Shown: positions 24,490 through 36,729 of the stretch, one piece after another
How the letters are laid out: each line of letters starts with the position of its first letter
Numbering within the stretch: the stretch's first letter is position 1
Source: Sphacelaria rigidula
Lineage: Eukaryota
Direction of reading: 5' to 3'
DNA length: 44,452 bases
Assembly (NCBI GenBank): GCA_964200075.2
Contig: CAXNAA020000006.1
Location: 1 to 44,452 of the forward strand
Position numbers and translations under genes: made by a program
Notes under the pieces: model-generated
The model's input: the letters and a program-made list of their open reading frames with translations, nothing else
What the model was told of the DNA's origin: nothing
The model's database searches: none

Positions 24490-24746
24490 CTGCTCAATTT
24501 GAGGTTGTTTTCAATGAAATTTTGACACGATGTACAGGACGTACGTGCGAAGACGCCATCTTTCCTCCCCTTCATCTTTTTCTTCGTGAGTTATTTGCAA
24601 CATAGTTCCGAAAAAACTGTTCGGAAATGTTATGTCGCCAGTAATTTGTGAAGAAAAAAGTGCGAGGGAGGAAAAATGGGGTCTTTGTACGTACTTCCTG
24701 CACATCGTGTCAAAATTTCATGGCAAACGACCCAAAATTGCAGCAG
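24490..24746. mobile_element. MITE with ~45-bp imperfect TIRs, family M, copy 1
   Basis: TGCTCAATTT...GAAATTTTGACACGATGT on the left and ACATCGTGTCAAAATTTCA...AAAATTGCAGCAG on the right. Confidence 0.75.
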
Positions 24747-24774
24747 AGTTTACCGGCGTTGGGCTAGAAGTACT

Positions 24775-25029
24775 CATGGTTGACACTACTTGATCTCAGT
24801 GTGTACAACGAGAATTGGAATTTTGGTAGGCCTGACAGTTCTGTGTGCTCCTCGCGTGCGCAGAACGCGTGTTCGTTGAGATCGGCGCCAAAGGCGCCGA
24901 TTTGGGGTTTGCGAAGGCCGCACTTTACCTAGGGGATGTATGTACCGCCCTTGCTCGAGGGTTCTCGGTATGCGTTGGGTTGGGATTAGGGTTAGGGGTA
25001 GTGATACTAGTATAATTGTGTCAACCATG
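24775..25029 (+). mobile_element. TTAGGG-bearing dispersed element, copy 2, with intact inverted ends
   Basis: Ends CATGGTTGACAC / GTGTCAACCATG (12-bp perfect inverted repeat, or an 8-bp TIR plus a CATG duplication); homologous to 8332-8602. Confidence 0.72.
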
Positions 25030-25190
25030 GACAGTTGTAGCCCAACGCCGGTAAATTAGCCTCCAAAATTGAGCAGTGTAATCGCGTTTTTGTGTTGAGC
25101 ACCGGTGATCATTTTTTTTTTTTTCCTTGACGGAAGGAGGAAACCGGTGTAGAGATGGACCAACCACGACGGGAAGAGGAAACTCTGAGC

Positions 25191-25474
25191 CGCGGTTATG
25201 TTGTTCAATTTCAAGTTGGTTTGCCTGAAATTTTGACACGATGTACTTGAGCTATGTTCAAAGGCCCTAATTTCCCCCCCTGACTTTTTTTTTCCCAACA
25301 TGTTGTCGAGGATTCAGTCCCGGAAATCTGTTCCGAAATTCGGATTACCGATAATTCACGAGAAAAAGCAAGAAAAAAAAGGAAGGGGATAATAGTAGAA
25401 GCTTTGTACATATCTTAGGTTCATCGTATCAAAATTTCATAGTACACGACTGAAAATTGAGCAGCGCAACCGCG
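25191..25474. mobile_element. MITE family M, copy 2
   Basis: CGCGGTT..TGTTCAATTT...AAATTTTGACACGATG on the left and CATCGTATCAAAATTTCA...AAATTGAGCA..AACCGCG on the right. Confidence 0.75.
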
Positions 25475-25514
25475 CTTCTCCGTTTACAACCGGTTGACGT
25501 GCTTTGAGAATAGT

Positions 25515-25880
25515 GCCGGTCGCCCCGGTGGCTCAGTTGGTAACCTCGAATCCTTCGGACGGTTGGGTCGTGAGTTCAAATCTCGGAGCGATCTTGGACT
25601 CTTCCTTACACAATACCCAAGAGTGGAGAGCGACTATGTCGTGAGTACACAAAAGGCGACTTAATTGCTGATGGAAGGAACTGTTCAACCCCTTTCGCGA
25701 TAAAAAAATAAAGATAACCGCCGCAGAAGAAAGATGATGTACTAAAAAAAACAAAAAAAAACTCATGTGTAGGTCTTCCTCCTGTGTGACCCCGGCTGGT
25801 GCGCCAACATACACCCAACGGTGTAGACCGGCGCCCAGAATAGATGGGACAACACACACACAACACGCACACAGTACAAC
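25515..25880 (+). mobile_element. tRNA-derived SINE, family A, copy 2 (uninterrupted)
   Basis: A box TGGCTCAGTTGG, B box GAGTTCAAATC and an anticodon-loop-like CTTCGGA (Arg-TCG-like); body shared with 6731-7199; CA-rich tail. Confidence 0.85.
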
Positions 25881-26303
25881 AACCCCAGCCGGAACTCTGA
25901 CGTTATCTACAAGCTTTGTTCACCCACTTCTCACTGGTTCGCACAGCACTACCAAACGCCTTGGCGCGCTGAAAGCCTCGTCTGCACGTGATCCCAGACT
26001 GCGTGCCTACAGTGCAACATGCACTATTGTACAAGCACAACCTGTGGAGCACCACCAACTTTGCGGTCGCGGCACAACCGACTGTAGCCGAAAATACGAT
26101 ATCAGCCGTTGTGTTGCCCTTATTCCGCCGCACATGTCACCCTCAACTCTTTACACTTCGCAGCTGACTACAGTTTGGTAGATAATCACGAGTACACCCC
26201 CTCCCGCCCCCCTCACCCCCGCGGCACCGCCCCACCGCTGTTCCTACGCGCTTTGGACCGGAATGTTGGGTTTATTTGTTGCGGCGACACTTCGTCTTTA
26301 CAG

Positions 26304-26391
26304 GCTCGTTGTATTGGCATGCTTTTCGTGGAAGCTAATTGGGATCACAACCACGGCAACCGCGGTAGTGATTCTCGAGGTTGCTCTGGGG
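26304..26391 (+). CDS. Uncharacterised membrane protein, exon
   Basis: tttacAG|...|GTaagt; (G)LVVLACFSWKLIGITTTATAVVILEVALG, hydrophobic, phase 2/0. Confidence 0.8.
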
Positions 26392-26880
26392 GTAAGTGGA
26401 AGTGGTGGTTCGGTTCTCGATTTTGTGGTGTTGCCGCTGCTTTTTTATTTTTTAGTGCGCCATTTGTTTTGTCCATCTTCCCTGCCGCAACCACCCCACC
26501 AAGAGCACCTTTCGCCTTTTGCCGGCTACGAGCTGCTCCGAAAACGTTCGTGCGCAAGTGACCCACCTACTTGTGGCCTTTCGTATACCGCCTATTACAT
26601 GCTTTCTGTTGATCAATACCCAATTGACGCTGCTGTTTTCGAGAGAACTGCGGTGACAGCTCGCTTCCGTCGGCCTCCCGGGCGCTGCCGATGTTCCACC
26701 CTGGGCGGAGTCGTGAAGGTTTTCATGCGCAAGCTACCCTTAAACACCTGCCGTGTTTTTGTGCGTGTTTCCCTTGCTGTCCGTTGTTTGTAATACATTG
26801 CCAACTATGCGCTTTCTCTCACTTATTCATTTGTTTATTTCTTGTTTCATGCTTGCTCGCTCCGCTTGCTTGTCTCGCAG

Positions 26881-26943
26881 ACGTTGCTAGTCATCGCTGT
26901 GGCAGGCGTATGGAAGATGTGGGCGGTGACGGAAAAGGTGGAG
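26881..26943 (+). CDS. Uncharacterised membrane protein, exon
   Basis: Long pyrimidine tract then cgcAG|...GAG|GTgagg; TLLVIAVAGVWKMWAVTEKVE, phase 0/0. Confidence 0.8.
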
Positions 26944-29131
26944 GTGAGGGGAACAGCGAATAGCGTACAAGAAGAGACGTATTATTATAGACAGTGTACG
27001 CGTGCGTGGCGCAACGAAGGCGCGTGCAAAAGATTGACCTGCTGTGTGGATACCCAAACGAGGGTTGTCGTCTGCAAATACTTTTGTCTTGCCGACCTGC
27101 CGTCATGTGACTTCTTCACACATGGCTCAGAAGCTACAACAAAACAAAATGTGGGGGGAGAGGGGAGAAAAATGAACTCAGGGATATAACACGACTGACG
27201 TTCAGGTTCAGGTCTTGCCCAAGCTCGAGTGTGAACTCTGAGGCGTAATGGTTGCAAATGCGGAGGAGCCAAACATAATGCGGCTGGATTTATTCGGTAA
27301 GTTGGTACATGTACCCGTAGGTGTCCCTCTGTGCGTACAATCGACGCAGACATGTGAAGTTCTATTCCCATGCAGCTTTTTCCCTCGTCTTTTTTCAGAG
27401 AAATTATTTACCCGAACACTACACAGTTACCAGCTGGGCGGGCGGATCTACGTAGATCCTGCGACCGGGACTCGCTACTGTTCCACCCGGGAATCATTGA
27501 CGGGCTTGCGGATCTGAGCACAGTTGCGCAACTAATTGCACTGCCGTACCGTCACTGTAGATGTTACGGGGCTGTAGTTTTGAACGCTCGCCCTGCACGC
27601 CTCCGCCGCAGGAGTCGACCAATACCGTACATTGAATAGTGCCCACGCGGCATAATTTGAAGGTCTCCAGTACGTTGTATCAGTAAAAAAAGGAAGAAGC
27701 TGGCGACGACGAAAAACTTGCTGTGCGGTTTTTGCGGTCGAGACACCGTCCGCGCCCGACCGTTTGTTGTGCCAAATATGCTCACACTGATACATACGCG
27801 CGCCGCGACACATGAGAACAGGCGGAAAACATAACGTTTGTCAGGATGAAAGTGCGAAATTAGAACTCCGGTGGTCAGCTCGTTTGACTGCACAAACGCA
27901 GCTGCCCAAAGTGTAGCTCGTGACGCTCAGTGAGGGAGGATAAATACTGAGTTTGATGGTGTCTTATGCTACACTGGCGCACTGTAGAAGTGCGGTACCA
28001 CACGCCGAAGTCATTTTTTTTGCCGCCACATGAGCATATGCCCCGAAGCCAGGCTCCATGAAGAACGCAAGACGTTTGCCGGGATGAACTTTCGATGTTG
28101 GAATTGCTTCGGTGAGCTCGATGAACACCTGCACAAATTCTCCTGTCAGGAGAGGAGCCCGTGGTGTCCAGACGCGAGAAAGAGGCACTGAACTCAGTGC
28201 TGGCTGTTGTATCGCAGTGCTGTATTGTGTGACAATAGTTGTGGTATGGCTCGGTGTGACTAGCTCCGTTTCATAACTTGGCCCTGAGTAGTAGCTGTTT
28301 TTTCCATACTCAAGGTTCAGGGTCACCCCTCGATTTGGCACCTTTTTTTTTTTCCAGGTTGTTCGTGGGGAGCATGAAAATCGGACTTAGTCTCTTCCCG
28401 GCGCACAGCCAATTGTTGCCACAATCCGACTTTTGATAGTCCCGTGGGGTTTGGAAGATGGCCACCCTAGGTGTACATGACCATCAGTGGGGCGGGCGGG
28501 TGGTGAGCGATGCATCTCGCGACTCTCAGTTGATGCTCGATAATGGCAGCAGCCTAGAGGGTTGAACGTACGGGTTTGTTTTTTTCTGTTTGAGTGAATG
28601 TTCAAAAACACCAAACCGGCCGGGGGCGGCCCCCGTTCCCCAACTATCCACACCACGATCTCCCGCTCGGGCAGCAGGGGGAGTGAAATGGACAAGCTCA
28701 TCGCTGTGGTTCCCTTGCGCGTTGGTTATGTGCGTCACCTTGACCTCGTCCTGCGCAGTTTGCTGTCGGGAGCGGGGAGGAGGTTTCGGCAAACCGTGGG
28801 CGCAGATTTAGAACACCGAACAAAAACCGCACGCGCCGTGTACACCACGCACACCCCATAGCAAATATACCACGTCTTTCAGCTGTCTAGGAACGCCTTC
28901 ATATGCTTAGCGTGATCGCGGCTTACTGTGCCGTCAGGATGTCAACTGTTGTCCTGAGGTGGCAAAGCGCTGCTGATCGTGGCATATGCTCGAAATTTTA
29001 TGAGCTATCCAATTGTCGATAGCAAAATGCCAGACAGCTTCCGGGGGAGAGATGCGTTGATTACGCAAGATTTATGGACTCGTATCGAGGAATGGCGGGC
29101 GCTGCGACTATGAGGAGACAATTACAATTAC

Positions 29132-29462
29132 TATTTCATTTATTCATTTATTTTGTCGCACTTTGAACCCCTCCCCTTCCTCGGGACGAGTTCTATGGTG
29201 TCAAGGGATTAACCCATCCCTCCCCGGTACACGCCTTGCATTTTGGTCTCGCGGATTGGATCATGACTATCACCACTCCCGCACCACGTCAACTTACGTC
29301 ACACAAACTCAGTCGACTACTTTGTTTACTCACGTTCTCCCGCTCTCCACAGTGAAAATCACATACTATAATTCGAAGAAAAACTTGGCACATTGGGAAC
29401 CGAACCCTCGTTCTTTCCACCCTAATGGCGACGGTCGAACCATCACACCCCTGGGGCGCGGC
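29132..29462 (-). mobile_element. tRNA-derived SINE-like element, family B
   Basis: Minus-strand head ...CCCCAGGGGTGTGATGGTTCG...GAGGGTTCGGTTCCC (A-box-like and B-box-like) and an (AAAT/GAAT)n tail at 29132-29153. Only one copy is in the window. Confidence 0.55.
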
Positions 29463-29601
29463 AAAAATAGCGTTCACAATTCTTCAACCCACAACGCCGT
29501 CCCCCGATCCCGTGACAACGCTGGATTTTCGAGAATTTGCGTTGTTCCATATTTAATGGTCCTCTGAGGAAAGAAGGATGTCCTTGTCGGTAACGTTGCA
29601 G

Positions 29602-29720
29602 GGTTTGGAGCAGCCGACAGCATCGGATGTGGATGTGGTGGAATTTTTAGCGCCTCTGGCCACTATCGATGCCTCGTGGGAGCCGGACGTCAGGATACCG
29701 CCAACGGTTGACAACTTGCG
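29602..29720 (+). CDS. Uncharacterised membrane protein, exon
   Basis: ttgcAG|...CG|GTatga; GLEQPTASDVDVVEFLAPLATIDASWEPDVRIPPTVDNLR, phase 0/2. Not present in the ORF track. Confidence 0.72.
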
Positions 29721-30179
29721 GTATGATACACGTGTAGTATCACTCTGGTAGCGTTCTTTTTTCCGATCATGCAACATGGTTGGTGAGAGTCAGGACGCCG
29801 GATATTTGATAATGTATACTGTAGGAGTTTTCATCTCAAATAGGAGATTTCTGTAATTTTCCCGCAGTCGACGATTTTCAATGGTTTTTTCGCGTGCCGC
29901 CGCTCATCCCAGCGAGCGGTTGATCCCAACGCTTAGGAGACCGAAGATACCAGGCACCCGCGCCATATTCCGAGATAGTAAGCACCCGCTCCACACTCCA
30001 AAACAAAAATCGTATCTCCGCTCAATACTAAACGACTTACGAGCTGAATTGACAGGGGGTTTATTGACCGTTTTTGGTCCAAAACACATCTCTTCTCGGG
30101 TCTAGCGCAATGAACAGGTAAAATGAAATAAAGACAAGGGTCCGTCAAATCATCCATGAGGGTGATCGGAATTGATTCA

Positions 30180-31620
30180 ATCCCGTCTGTGCAATATTTT
30201 GAAATTTTACAAGTAGTTGCACAAGGATGTTCCTCATCATCCACTTTCTTCAAGGTATTCATCATGACCTGATGATAGCAATGCAGTAGATGCAACAAAG
30301 CAAGAAGTCAAGGTGGGTGAAGGTATGGTATCAGGGTTGATGTCCACAGATGATTTCATGGGGATTCCGGGAACGCCATACGGATTGCAGAAACGAAAAG
30401 AGAAGGCGCTAAAATACACTAGGAAGTGGAGAGTGACAGCGAACGTTAACAAATGCGCGGTACTCGTTTGTAACGAAGGTAAGAAAAATCAGGTAAAGCT
30501 CAAATGGGAGTGGAGAGAAGAGAAACCACCGATCGTAGACCAGTATACATATCTTGGTGTAGAGATGAAAAAAAACTGTTCTTGGGAGGCACACATGAAT
30601 GAAGTAATAGAAAAGGGTTAGGTACAGAGCGGCAGGATGGACGTGATTCTCAGAGACTCACACCCAGACACTAGGACTTAGATGTGTATCCTGATGAACG
30701 TGATTGTAACAAAGCTAGAATATACAGGAGAAGTATGGGAGGGTAACGTAAAGTTGACGAAGAAGTTGGAAACCGTACAGATGGCAGTAGCTAAGAAAAT
30801 ACCTGGATGCGACGAGTAATACAGCTTCGAGAGTAGAGGTGGGAATGTACCCACTTGAAACAAACAGAGGCATGAAAAACTTGAGGTGGCAATATAGCGT
30901 AAAGAACATGCAGAGAAGGAGATCGCCAGCCATAGTTGATCGGATTGTATGGAAGAAAGTGACGAAATGGCAGGCTAGAAAAATGTGGCATTGAGGAGTA
31001 GAGGAAGTATAAATGGAGATGAGAGAAAACCAAGACGATACTGTCCATAGGTGAAGGCACGGGGTACAAAACAATAGTAAGAGACGTGATGGAAATGGGG
31101 GGAAAAGAAGCGCTCAGGCGCAACGTAGACGAGGAAGAACAACTGAAGATATACGGGGGGTTTGGAGAGAGGGACAGGGATGAAAAAATATCTGCATGGC
31201 CCAATGGACGCGGCGACAAAATTGAAACTGCGATTTCAGGTGAGAGACCTGGACCTGCCACAAAGGGTTACAAGGGTTTTACCAGTAGTCGAGTGGAGGA
31301 GGAAGTAGATGCAGAGAATTGCCCGTGTGGCAAAGCAATAGAGAGCAGAAGCCATATAGTGGCAAAATGTGAACTATACACAGAGGAACGGGACGTGCTA
31401 CAGGAGGAAATGAGGGACGTGACCGAAGGTGGGATGAGCTCGTTTGATGCATTAGGCAGTAGTGAGAAAACGATGGCTATACTAGGAGATATATGGTGAC
31501 GACAGAAGGGGAAACAGGACGGGGATAGGATATGTAAACGGTTTTTGTGTAGTGTATGGAAGAAACGGAGCGAGCACCTAAATGTTGGAGGTGTCTTTAT
31601 TACGCGTAGAAATGGTGCTA
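30180..31620 (+). mobile_element. 5'-truncated, decayed non-LTR retrotransposon (LINE) ORF2
   Basis: RT remnants QGCSSSSTFF (cf. QGxxLSPxLF), LMSTDD (cf. FADD), NVNKC and YTYLGV; C-terminal CCHC-like CPCGKAIESRSHIVAKC; several stops and frameshifts. Confidence 0.9.
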
Positions 31621-31944
31621 ATTAGAGTACTTGTATTCTTCGAATATATTCAGACGACATGTGAACACAGCGGAGCTAAAACACGTACATATCACCGTGG
31701 GTGATGGACTGAAATACATGCCATTCAAGATGGACATTTTTGGAAAGGGAAAGTGCAGAATAGCTCGCTACTTCATGTTGTTTTACGCACTCGCGCTCAG
31801 TCCTTTCTGTTTTGTGCCGCGCCTGCGCACGTTGATCTCTCTATCCGCCCTTCATTTCTCACCCGCTTTTGACAGACATTGTGAAGGTCGTGAGTCAATG
31901 TCCTGAGCTTCACCATGTGCTTGCCGTTTCTGCCGTCGCCGCAG

Positions 31945-32038
31945 AAATCATATGCGAGGAATGTCTAGCGTTGGAAAAGTGGTGTCCGAGACCCATCTAG
32001 AAGACTACAAACGCCTGGCGCAAGTGGCCAAGAAACAG
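31945..32038 (+). CDS. Uncharacterised membrane protein, exon
   Basis: cgcAG|...CAG|GTatgc; NHMRGMSSVGKVVSETHLEDYKRLAQVAKKQ, phase 2/0. Confidence 0.78.
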
Positions 32039-32404
32039 GTATGCTGGGATGAGATTGGCGGTGTGTTTCGATCCTGCCTCACACGGGAGGCGTCATCGTA
32101 CATCGTGTCACTGCTGTCGGGACATCCTTGGCTTCGTTGTTGCCCTTCTCTTTTGATTTCCAAGAACGTATCGGGGCATTTTGCACCGCCGACTCTTGTT
32201 GCTATTTAAAACTGCTTAAATGCAACCTTTTGCTCGTTTATAGCCATCATCTCTCCAAGACTCATGCCATTCAACTTACGCTTGCACTTCATGCCCTGGG
32301 CGCGAGACCATCTTTTGGAACCATGCCTGTGCAACGTGCGATTTGTCTTGGTATGACTCCTGTGGGAATCATCCTCTTTTTCGGGTATTCTCCATATCAC
32401 CCCT

Positions 32405-32406
<2 letters not shown>

Positions 32407-32445
<39 letters not shown>

Positions 32446-32447
32446 AC
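32407..32447. repeat. (CA)n microsatellite
   Basis: Direct reading. Confidence 0.96.
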
Positions 32448-33519
32448 GGGCTCTAACAGTCCCGGAGAAGCTTATAGAGCTGACGGATTTGACCGGCTGG
32501 CAGTGAAAGCCTTCCTATCCTTCCATGATAAACGTCATCGTTGTGCAAGATACAACTGGGGTATCAATATCCAACTAGAACGTGAATTTGGGGTACCCCA
32601 ACAACTCAAGTTAGCAGTAATGTGGAATATCAATCTGGGACCTGAAGTCAGTAGGGAGATGGAATTCAACGCAGGATATGAATTGGGATGATCTTTTGAG
32701 GCGTCTTGGAGTCCTGAGCGAACCTAGGATTCAGAGCGTTACAGGCGAAAAGAAATGAAGGTTTGGCGTTCGTCAGTCCCACATCGAAGTCGACGTCGAA
32801 GTACGCCTAAGAAACATCCAATGATGTCTGACAACTTGCGGTTTTTTACGGGAAGTTGTACTTTTGGCAAATTTGAGGTTGGAACCGGTGAGATATTGGA
32901 GCGCCTTGCGGCAGCATACATGCATGGAAGTACCTTCAGAGGAACGCTGTAAAAGTTACCCTGCAAAATATAATTGGCACCAAGGCTGCAGTGCTCATGT
33001 CTCTTTTCCCTGAAGATTGCAACTTCAGTACATCCCTCTCCCTCCGGCGAAGTTTATTCTCTTGCGCAAGTGAATGTTGAAGTGCATCTATTTGTTCACA
33101 CAACTGGCGTGTCTGTCCAGTCAGTTTCCATAGTACCGTTAGCCCTTCGCTTCTGCCTTACGTGAAACTGGCTACTACTTCTTGGGAAAGAATATATGAA
33201 GTTTGTGGCCAACATGGCACTACAAGAAGACGGGGGACGATATGGCTGTGGCTCCGACGCCAGGCGGCTTTCCCGGCGCATCGGTCGGATCACGAGTAGC
33301 GCTATAGGAACACGCAGCTTCCCATTGAACATACTCTGCGTATCTGAATTATTGTCGAGTGTGTTTCATGTCTCCCTGTTGACGCCCAAACCAAGTGAGA
33401 GCGCTTCGCAGCTCGTTCACCCACACGCTTAAGGTGATTGGTGCACAACACGCGCGCGCGCGCATTGGACCGCCTGAACCAACTGTCGTATTTTTGGCGT
33501 CGAATCCGTTGAACAACAG

Positions 33520-33637
33520 GCCATGCTCGACGCGTTCCTTATCTTTTTGAACGTCGCGGCTTTCTTTGGGTACGGTACCATCCCGCTCGACGTCTTCTTC
33601 CCGGAGCGAGTCTTCCTCATCAGCCTCTTGCCCCCAG
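33520..33637 (+). CDS. Uncharacterised membrane protein, exon
   Basis: aacAG|...CAG|GTgaac; AMLDAFLIFLNVAAFFGYGTIPLDVFFPERVFLISLLPP, containing a TM-like helix, phase 0/1. Confidence 0.82.
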
Positions 33638-34274
33638 GTGAACATGCAGCGCAACAAGCATGCAACATCGTACAAGAGTCGTTGTCTTCTCCGTGTCACC
33701 ACACTCACAGGGGTATTTATACGTGTGCAAGACCGGTACTGCTGGTGCTGGTGCTGGTGCTGGCACCGGTTTTGCTGCTTCGGATTATGCTTCATTTCCA
33801 TTTTTCCCATGGTAATGCAAGATTGACGACCCTTCGTGTGTTTTAAACTCGATTTTGATTAAATGTCTCCCATTTCCCGTTTAATAACCGTCGTTGATCG
33901 CACTTGATGATAGGACAGGTTCAGTCCCGAAATGTGTGCTTGCCAACCAAATTATGAAGTTGATTCGCCTCGTGGACTCCCTTACAAGCTCACTCTTGCT
34001 CCTTTTACGTGTTTCGCTGTTTTTCCGTAGAGAATGCGCTTTCGGCTGAATACCAGTCATCGTGAAGCGAAGCACATTCCGAGGCGATTGTGGTACCCTG
34101 AAAGTCAATGCCCTCCAATGCCCTCACTCACGCCCGTTTTGCTTGTGATGCACCGGAACCCAAGAATAATAAGATTCCACTTCTGCTCGCGACTGCCCTC
34201 TTGCTGCGCGCTTCTGGTTCGCATCGATTTTCCCGAAATGATTGGCTACCCGGGGCTCGAATTTTGGCCAAAAG

Positions 34275-34411
34275 GAACTACGGCTTGGTGGGGTAATTTC
34301 ATCGGGGACGTAGCATGGACCATCGAGCCAGCAGCCATGTTCTTGGCCCCCATCATTTTGCTCCGCAACCGCCAGGCTAAGGGCACGGTCGGCAACCTCA
34401 AGTCTGAGTAG
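34275..34411 (+). CDS. Uncharacterised membrane protein, last exon
   Basis: First AG after a ~100-nt AG-free zone, phase 1; GTTAWWGNFIGDVAWTIEPAAMFLAPIILLRNRQAKGTVGNLKSE*. Confidence 0.78.
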
Positions 34412-35979
34412 TCCCTTCAAGGAGTTGAGGGGTCGGCTTGTTGCGCACAACAGTGCTTTCGTGAAATTGAGAGTAGATGATTGATTGAGTGGATTTCATC
34501 CTTCGCTTTAACTTGACCAAGGTTTCGTTCTGTGCGTGCTTTTTTTTGTAACACTGGCGTGTGCTTACAGCTACACGTCGATATCCTAGCCAGGGGTATC
34601 AAGGGCTTCAGAGGCAAGCTACTGCAGAAGTTGTATTGGGTGTCGTGGAGGGGCATTATGGGGCTGAAACTATTCGTTCATAAATTGACCACTTCTCACT
34701 CTGAATCGTATCCTCTACTCTCAATCTCACAAAAACGCTGTTGCATCTTGTTCTATATGTAATGTTTCGAGAATGCATGCGTTATGCCAATCTGTACGCA
34801 TATTGTAACGAGAGAAGTTCGTATGGCACAGGGACTCATGTACAGTAGGAACTTATTAGTCATTTTCGGCCAACCATGTGTGCTGTCACTGTATGGTGTG
34901 CTGAGTTAGGAGTAAACCACGTGTGACTGCGGTCGCACCATTATGACTTCCTTGACTCACAAGTGTGAGGAGGCGATCTCGTACGCAGCAGGGACTATCG
35001 AACCTGCAGCCACGTTCTGGGCTACTCTTGTATTGCTCCGCAGCGACCAGGCCAACTATGACGGTGTCAATCCTGAGTGAGGATAGTGCTTGTATATCTT
35101 ATACGCGTGCCTTGTGTCGTGAATCTGTGTACTTGTGCGCATGCAGGCAAGGGAATTGAAGGGAAACTAGGGCTCGTATGATGCGTGATACTTGCTATTG
35201 CTGGTCAAACATTTGTGCTGTCCTTGTGTGGTATGTTGAAGCACGACCGAAGCATCACTTCCGGACAATCGTGGTCTTGTTGAGTGACGACTGTGAAAAG
35301 GGTGTAGTTTGTACTCGAGGCACTTTGTGGTATTCTCCCCCCCGTACAGGTGATATTCTGGCACCACCTTTGACTCGTAAGCCATGAATCTGATGTAACA
35401 CCGTGAGTTCTGGCTGTGAGTAAGTCTGTCGTTTTGCGTGCAACGTATCATGCTGTGTTCGTGATGTGTTGACATCAGTATGCGTCGACGACTGCTGTTT
35501 TGTCAGCAGGTTTATATATTGCAAGTATTGCTATTATATCTGGTAACCGGTGTTCATGTCCTTGGCGTAGCCGGACGTATCCATTTCTGCGCACAATATT
35601 CCCTTGAGCATTTTGCCGTATGTTGACGCTGTCATACGTCTGCCGCGTCCGTTTCATCACGTGGTTTACACACGCGTGTACATCATGGAGGAAGACGTGT
35701 CGTTGGCCTGTATTGCTGCCGCTCATAACATGTTTTCACACGTGGGCTCAACAGTGCGCCGGCCCGCCAGACATCACCTCATGTAACCAATGGGGATCGC
35801 ATTGTGTGTCTTATCGCCAGATGAAGTGTGGACGTCTAGTGACAGTTTTTGTTATTTTTGCCAACATCTCTTGATTTTACTGGCGTAAATTCCGAAAATG
35901 GTTGCCCAACCAATACGTTGAGTGCGGGTGTAGGTTACTGAACCCGCCTCGATTTGGAAGGATGTTATGTTCGTGCTTC

Positions 35980-36170
35980 TTTTATTCCGGATAATACATC
36001 CAACGATTTAATCTTCGGAATGCTAACCTTTTGACTGACAGGGCTTGTAATATGGGCCACGCAGTAACTCTGGCTGTCATGTTATTTTATTTTTTTATTC
36101 CGGATAATCTATATAAAGACTAAATACGGAATGTTGAACCTTGTTATCGCCAGGGTTATATGGGCCACGA
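35980..36170. repeat. Two-copy tandem duplication (period about 110 bp)
   Basis: TTTTATTCCGGATAAT...CGGAATG...CAGGG...ATATGGGCCACG occurs twice. Confidence 0.8.
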
Positions 36171-36729
36171 AGTGACAATTGAAGTGGAAACGATATCGAT
36201 TTCCATAAATGGACACTTCCGGCGCAAAATCTCATTTCTGGAAGCGGCGTTTTCACTCCTTCAAGTGGAAATGGGGTGAAAAGCCCTCACTCAAATGTCA
36301 AACACCCAATCTGGCGAAATTTCCTGGTACAAATGGAAAGCTGCAACAAGCAAGCAGAATGGTGCATGCTCATCTGCGTTTGGGAGTAGCCATGACCACG
36401 AAATATCGATCGCAGCTTAGCACGCATATTTAAAAACCTGTGCAGAACAGCGCCGGGCTGAAGGTGCACATGTAATGCGCGACACTACGGTACTACCGCG
36501 GTTTTTAGCGATGCAATGTCGAGCTTGTCTCCTTATCCATGTCCCTCATGTCCTATTTTGGCTGTCGAACAGTTCTGGGGGTGGGCAGCTGGCGAACGGT
36601 GCGTTCGAAATTGGCACGAAAGACGCGAGGCAGATTAATCCCATTCCACCAATACCTTGTGGCTGCCATCTCCAGGGGTTGCTATCATCACGCTTCTATT
36701 CCGCTATGACCACCCCGCGTCGTGCGTTA

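Noticed and set aside
24985..24998. True telomere or chromosome-fusion site
   Set aside because: Only two or three imperfect TTAGGG units, lying inside a dispersed element.
25518..25592. Possible functional tRNA-Arg(TCG) gene (and the similar head at 6734-6812)
   Set aside because: The D and anticodon stems pair poorly, there is no poly-T terminator, and both heads continue into a shared ~300-bp body, so they are SINE heads.
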